Shown here piece by piece: positions 60,709-64,000 of a stretch of DNA of 64,000 bases (the first letter of the stretch is position 1; every line of letters begins with the position of its first letter). Below the pieces are notes generated by a model. It was not told the origin of the DNA. It saw only the letters and a list, made by a program, of their open reading frames with translations, and made no database searches. Where the stretch lies: the NCBI GenBank assembly GCA_964036045.1, contig OZ038379.1, positions 32,798,001 through 32,862,000 of the forward strand, read 5' to 3'. Origin of the DNA: Eutreptiella sp. 'Long Island Sound 2002'. Its lineage: Eukaryota; Protista; Euglenida. The position numbers and the translations under genes were made by a program.

Positions 60709-60921
60709 ATCCAGTGCCAGCTATAGCAGCGGGAGTGTCCTCCCTTTGTTCAATGGCACCCCAATTAGAGTCGGGGTACGAACGCGAGTACCCCCCACGG
60801 CTGTTTGAAGAAAGCGCACATCAATCATGTCTCACAGCCACATTGGCAGAAGCAACCCGAAGAGTCAGTGAACAGAACCCAACAGAGGTACCAACCTGTA
60901 GGTAAAGGGTGTCAAGGCAAG

Positions 60922-61190
60922 CTGGAAGAAATTTCGCCCAGATTCAACTTTATCGACTGGTGGGCCTAAGCGACAGGCAGGCAGAGGGCAACATATCATG
61001 CACAGCACAAGGAAATAAGCAACAGGGGGGGGACCGGAGGAAATTTCGCCCAGGATCACCGATTGGTGTTTTTAAGCTATATATTTTGTAGAACAGGCAG
61101 AGCTGGGCGAAATTTCGCCCACGGTAATCAAGACATCAAAATATGTAGACTTTTTTGCTATCCGGGGGGGCTAGGGGAAATTTCCCCCAG
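60922..61190. promoter_or_regulatory. Subterminal array of four variant palindromes of element B
   Basis: Starts 60922, 61034, 61103, 61171 (last periods 69, 68); consensus CTGGGCGAAATTTCGCCCAG. Confidence 0.8.
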
Positions 61191-61396
61191 GTCATGGCAA
61201 ATTGGCAAATAGAGACAGTGAATTTGAGTGTCAACATGTGTATGCATAGTACACGCAATAAATGTACAGCTATTCATCACCACCTATTACAGTGCAGTCG
61301 ACACATGGAAAACATAGGCACAAAATAAAGACACAGAAAAGGCAACAAAGTGCACATGTTTGGGTCATAAGGCGCGGGTAGTTAGCGTGGCCTAAG

Positions 61397-62540
61397 CAAT
61401 ACACCGCCGCTCTGCCTGCAGGCAGTGGGAACTGAGACTCTTGCAACAGAGTGACGGAGTGCCTTGGGGTAGCGGGCAATAGAATTCGTGCTCCACACTG
61501 CCGCACTACATGGGGGCAGTGGGTAGTGGAACTCGTGCTACACACCGCCAGAGTCCTTTTGGGGCGCGGGTAGTGGAAATCTTGCTGCACACTGCCGCAC
61601 TACCTTGGGGCATTGGGCTATGGGAAACCTGCTAGCCACCACCGGACTACCTAGGCGCTGTGGGCACCGAAACTGGTGCAGTAGATTGCTGCACTGCTAG
61701 GGCGTACCGGGGAATGGCACTGGCACACTAGACCGCCACAATGCTTGGGGGTATTGTGTAGTGGATCTCATGGCCCCCACTGCCTTGGGGCAGTGGAGCT
61801 CCTCCAATACAATGCCGCAATGCCTGGGCGCAATCGGCACTAGAACGCTTGCTGCTGCACACTGCCACACCGTCCGGGGGCAGTGGGCATTGGAACTCGT
61901 GTTGCACACCATCAGACTGCCCCTAGGCAGCGGGTAGTGGAACTCCCGCCTCACGTTGCCACACTGCCTAGGGGCTATGGGCCATGGGACTCCGCCTTCA
62001 CAGTGCCGCAGTTCCTAGGCGAAGTGGGCAGTGGAACTCCCGCCATACGCTGCTGCCCTGCTCGGGCACAATGGGCTCTGGAACTCCCGCTGCACATTGC
62101 CGCACTACCTTGGGGCAGTGGGCAGTGGAAGTCCTGCTGCACACCACTACACTGGCCGTGGGCAGTCGGCAATGGAGCTCCTCCTGCCCAATGCCACAGT
62201 GCCTTGGAGAAATGGACAATGGGACTCTTGCAGTACAATGCCGCACTGCATTGGCGCATTGGGCAATGGTACTAATGCAATACACCAACGCACTACGTGG
62301 GGGTAGTGGCCAGCGGATCTCCTGCCACATACTACCTTGGGGCAACGGAGCTCCTGCAGTACAATGCCGCACTGCCCGGGGTCAGTGGGCAACGGAACTT
62401 CCGCAATACACTGCCACATTGCTCGGAGGCAATTGGCAGTGGAACTCTTGCTGCCTAGAGGTAGTGGAAACACGAAATCATGCAAAACAGTGCCGTGCTG
62501 CCAGGTGGCAATGGCTAGTGGAAGTCTTGCTGCACACCAC
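61397..62540 (+). repeat. 45-47-bp satellite, continuing after element B
   Basis: Resumes with CAATACACCGCC directly after the TIR. Confidence 0.9.
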
Positions 62541-63164
62541 CCTTCAGGAGTTCCGGCGGGAGTCCCCTTGGTGGTCGTGCAACCGCAGCGCCAGGGCGAA
62601 AAATAGGTCGCAAGGCTTAGCGACACCGCGGTGCCCCATGTGGGGTAAACCGCAGTGGAGGAGCACCGTGCGGTGACATCTAGAAGAGGAGGGAGGGAAA
62701 ACAGTGCGCGACACAAGGACTACCGGGGAGGATCAGGGCCAACCTCCTGCCTCCTGGCCATGAAGCGACATCGCCCATTTTCGTCCCCAGGTCACGTGCG
62801 TGACCATGACGCATTTTTTTTATTCACTGGGATGGTGCTATCCCCCAGCCTGGATACCCCAAACTGTGGCGCCGTGCAGCGGTGGACGGCTCTGGGGCCC
62901 ACGCTGTGCCGTGTGGCAGCCCCCAGACACCGGGTGTGCGCCGTGGGGGTCCGGGATAGTGCAGCGCTGGGCTTCGGTGGTAGCGAAGCCCAGGGTATTG
63001 TGTCTCGCCGGGAACGAGCAGACAACCAGAATGGGTCGTTGGGAACGAGACCACCACAAGCTGTGATGGCCAGTGCGAAACGGGATGCCGCATTGACTGG
63101 AGATTGGCGGCAGCAGCACTCAATGAACCTGGCGTATGACACCGCCAGCACTGCTTTCGGCGGA

Positions 63165-63845
63165 ACTGAAGGTATTGGGCGAATGCCCATGCAGATTTAT
63201 TACCTTTGGCAAAACTGAAGGCATTGGGCATGTGCCCATGCAGAATTTATTACTTTTGGCCGACTTGCAGGCATTGGGCGTGTGTCCTTGCAGAAGCTAT
63301 TGATGTTGGCAGAACTGAAGGCATTGGGCGTGTGCCCATGCAAAATTTGCCACGTTTGGCAGAACTGAAGGGATTGGGCATGTGCCCATGCAGGATTTAT
63401 TATTTTTCGTAGAGCTGGGGGCATTGGGCGTGTGCCCATGCGAGATTTGATTACTTTTGGCACAACTGAAGGCATTGGGTGTGTGTCCATGCAGAATCTA
63501 TTACTTTTGGCACAATTGGGGGCATTGGGTGTGTGCCCATGCAGAATTTATTCCTTTTGAAAGAATTGGGGGCATTGGGTGTGTGCCATGCAAAATTTAT
63601 TACTTTTGGCAGACCTGAAGGCATTGGGCATGTGCCCATGCGGAATTTATTACTTTTGGAAGAACTAAGGGCATTGGGCGCGTGCCCATGCCGAATTCAT
63701 TACTTTTGGTAGAACTGGGGGCATTTGGCGTGTGCCCATGCAGAATTTATTACTTTTGGTAGCACTGAAGGCATTGGGCTTGTGCCCATGCAGAATTTGT
63801 TACTTTTGGCAGAACTAAAGGCATTGGGCTTGTGCCCATGCGGAA
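63165..63845. repeat. About 13 tandem copies of a 50-bp unit
   Basis: GCAGAATTTATTACTTTTGGCAGAACTGAAGGCATTGGGCGTGTGCCCAT. Confidence 0.95.
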
Positions 63846-64000
63846 TGTATCAGCGGGGACCCAGGGCAAAGGGGCCGGGGAGCGTGGGGGAGACGAGAGC
63901 GACGCGATGGATGCTTCGCCCGCCGTGGTGCCGTCCAGCCCAGCCCGGCCGGCGCGGCCATATGCGGTGCATCTGGTGGATTCCTCTCCAGGCACTCGGA

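Larger units (their letters stand above)
59003..61396 (-). mobile_element. Element B: internally deleted, diverged relative of element A, 2394 bp
   Basis: TIRs CTTAGGCCACACTAACTGCCC (59003-59023) and the reverse complement at 61376-61396 with two mismatches; TSD CAATA at 58998-59002 and 61397-61401; inserted in the satellite motif GCAATACACC. Confidence 0.9.

Noticed and set aside
49900-62540. Numerous long Cys/Trp/Gly-rich ORFs up to 399 aa
   Set aside because: They are translations of the 45-47-bp satellite, open in most frames on both strands.
62655-64000. Possible exons at about 62850-63170 and from about 63852
   Set aside because: Open on both strands and no recognisable product; strand and boundaries cannot be supported without transcripts.

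Overview
Repeat-rich eukaryotic nuclear DNA, probably from a euglenozoan or euglenid-like protist. That is inferred from GT-AG introns up to 13 kb, TTAGGG tracts, long G/C runs and remnants of tyrosine-recombinase retroelements in gag-YR-RH order. One 200-N gap is flanked by a false 134-bp duplication. The only confident host gene is a minus-strand TMX3/PDI-like thioredoxin-fold membrane protein: three in-phase exons at 46249-46505, 41708-42019 and 28054-28341, with the 5' exons not found. The main discovery is a 6.5-kb cut-and-paste DNA transposon (element A, 10382-16920) with 25-bp TIRs and a 5-bp TSD (CAACA). It encodes a transposase with Transib/RAG1-like motifs and a four-exon, ~761-aa accessory gene with a ParB/Srx-like N-terminal domain and a possible degenerate methyltransferase-like C-terminus. 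It also carries 13 copies of the 20-bp palindrome CTGGCCGAAATTTCGGCCAG, in ~70-bp-period arrays and inside its introns. A diverged, internally deleted relative (element B, 59003-61396, TSD CAATA) independently shows the same termini, gene order and ~69-bp spacing. Its palindrome differs by a compensatory change in both arms (CTGGGCGAAATTTCGCCCAG). The rest of the window is satellites, MITE-like repeats, tRNA-derived fragments and decayed retroelements. Most ORFs in the six-frame track are spurious.
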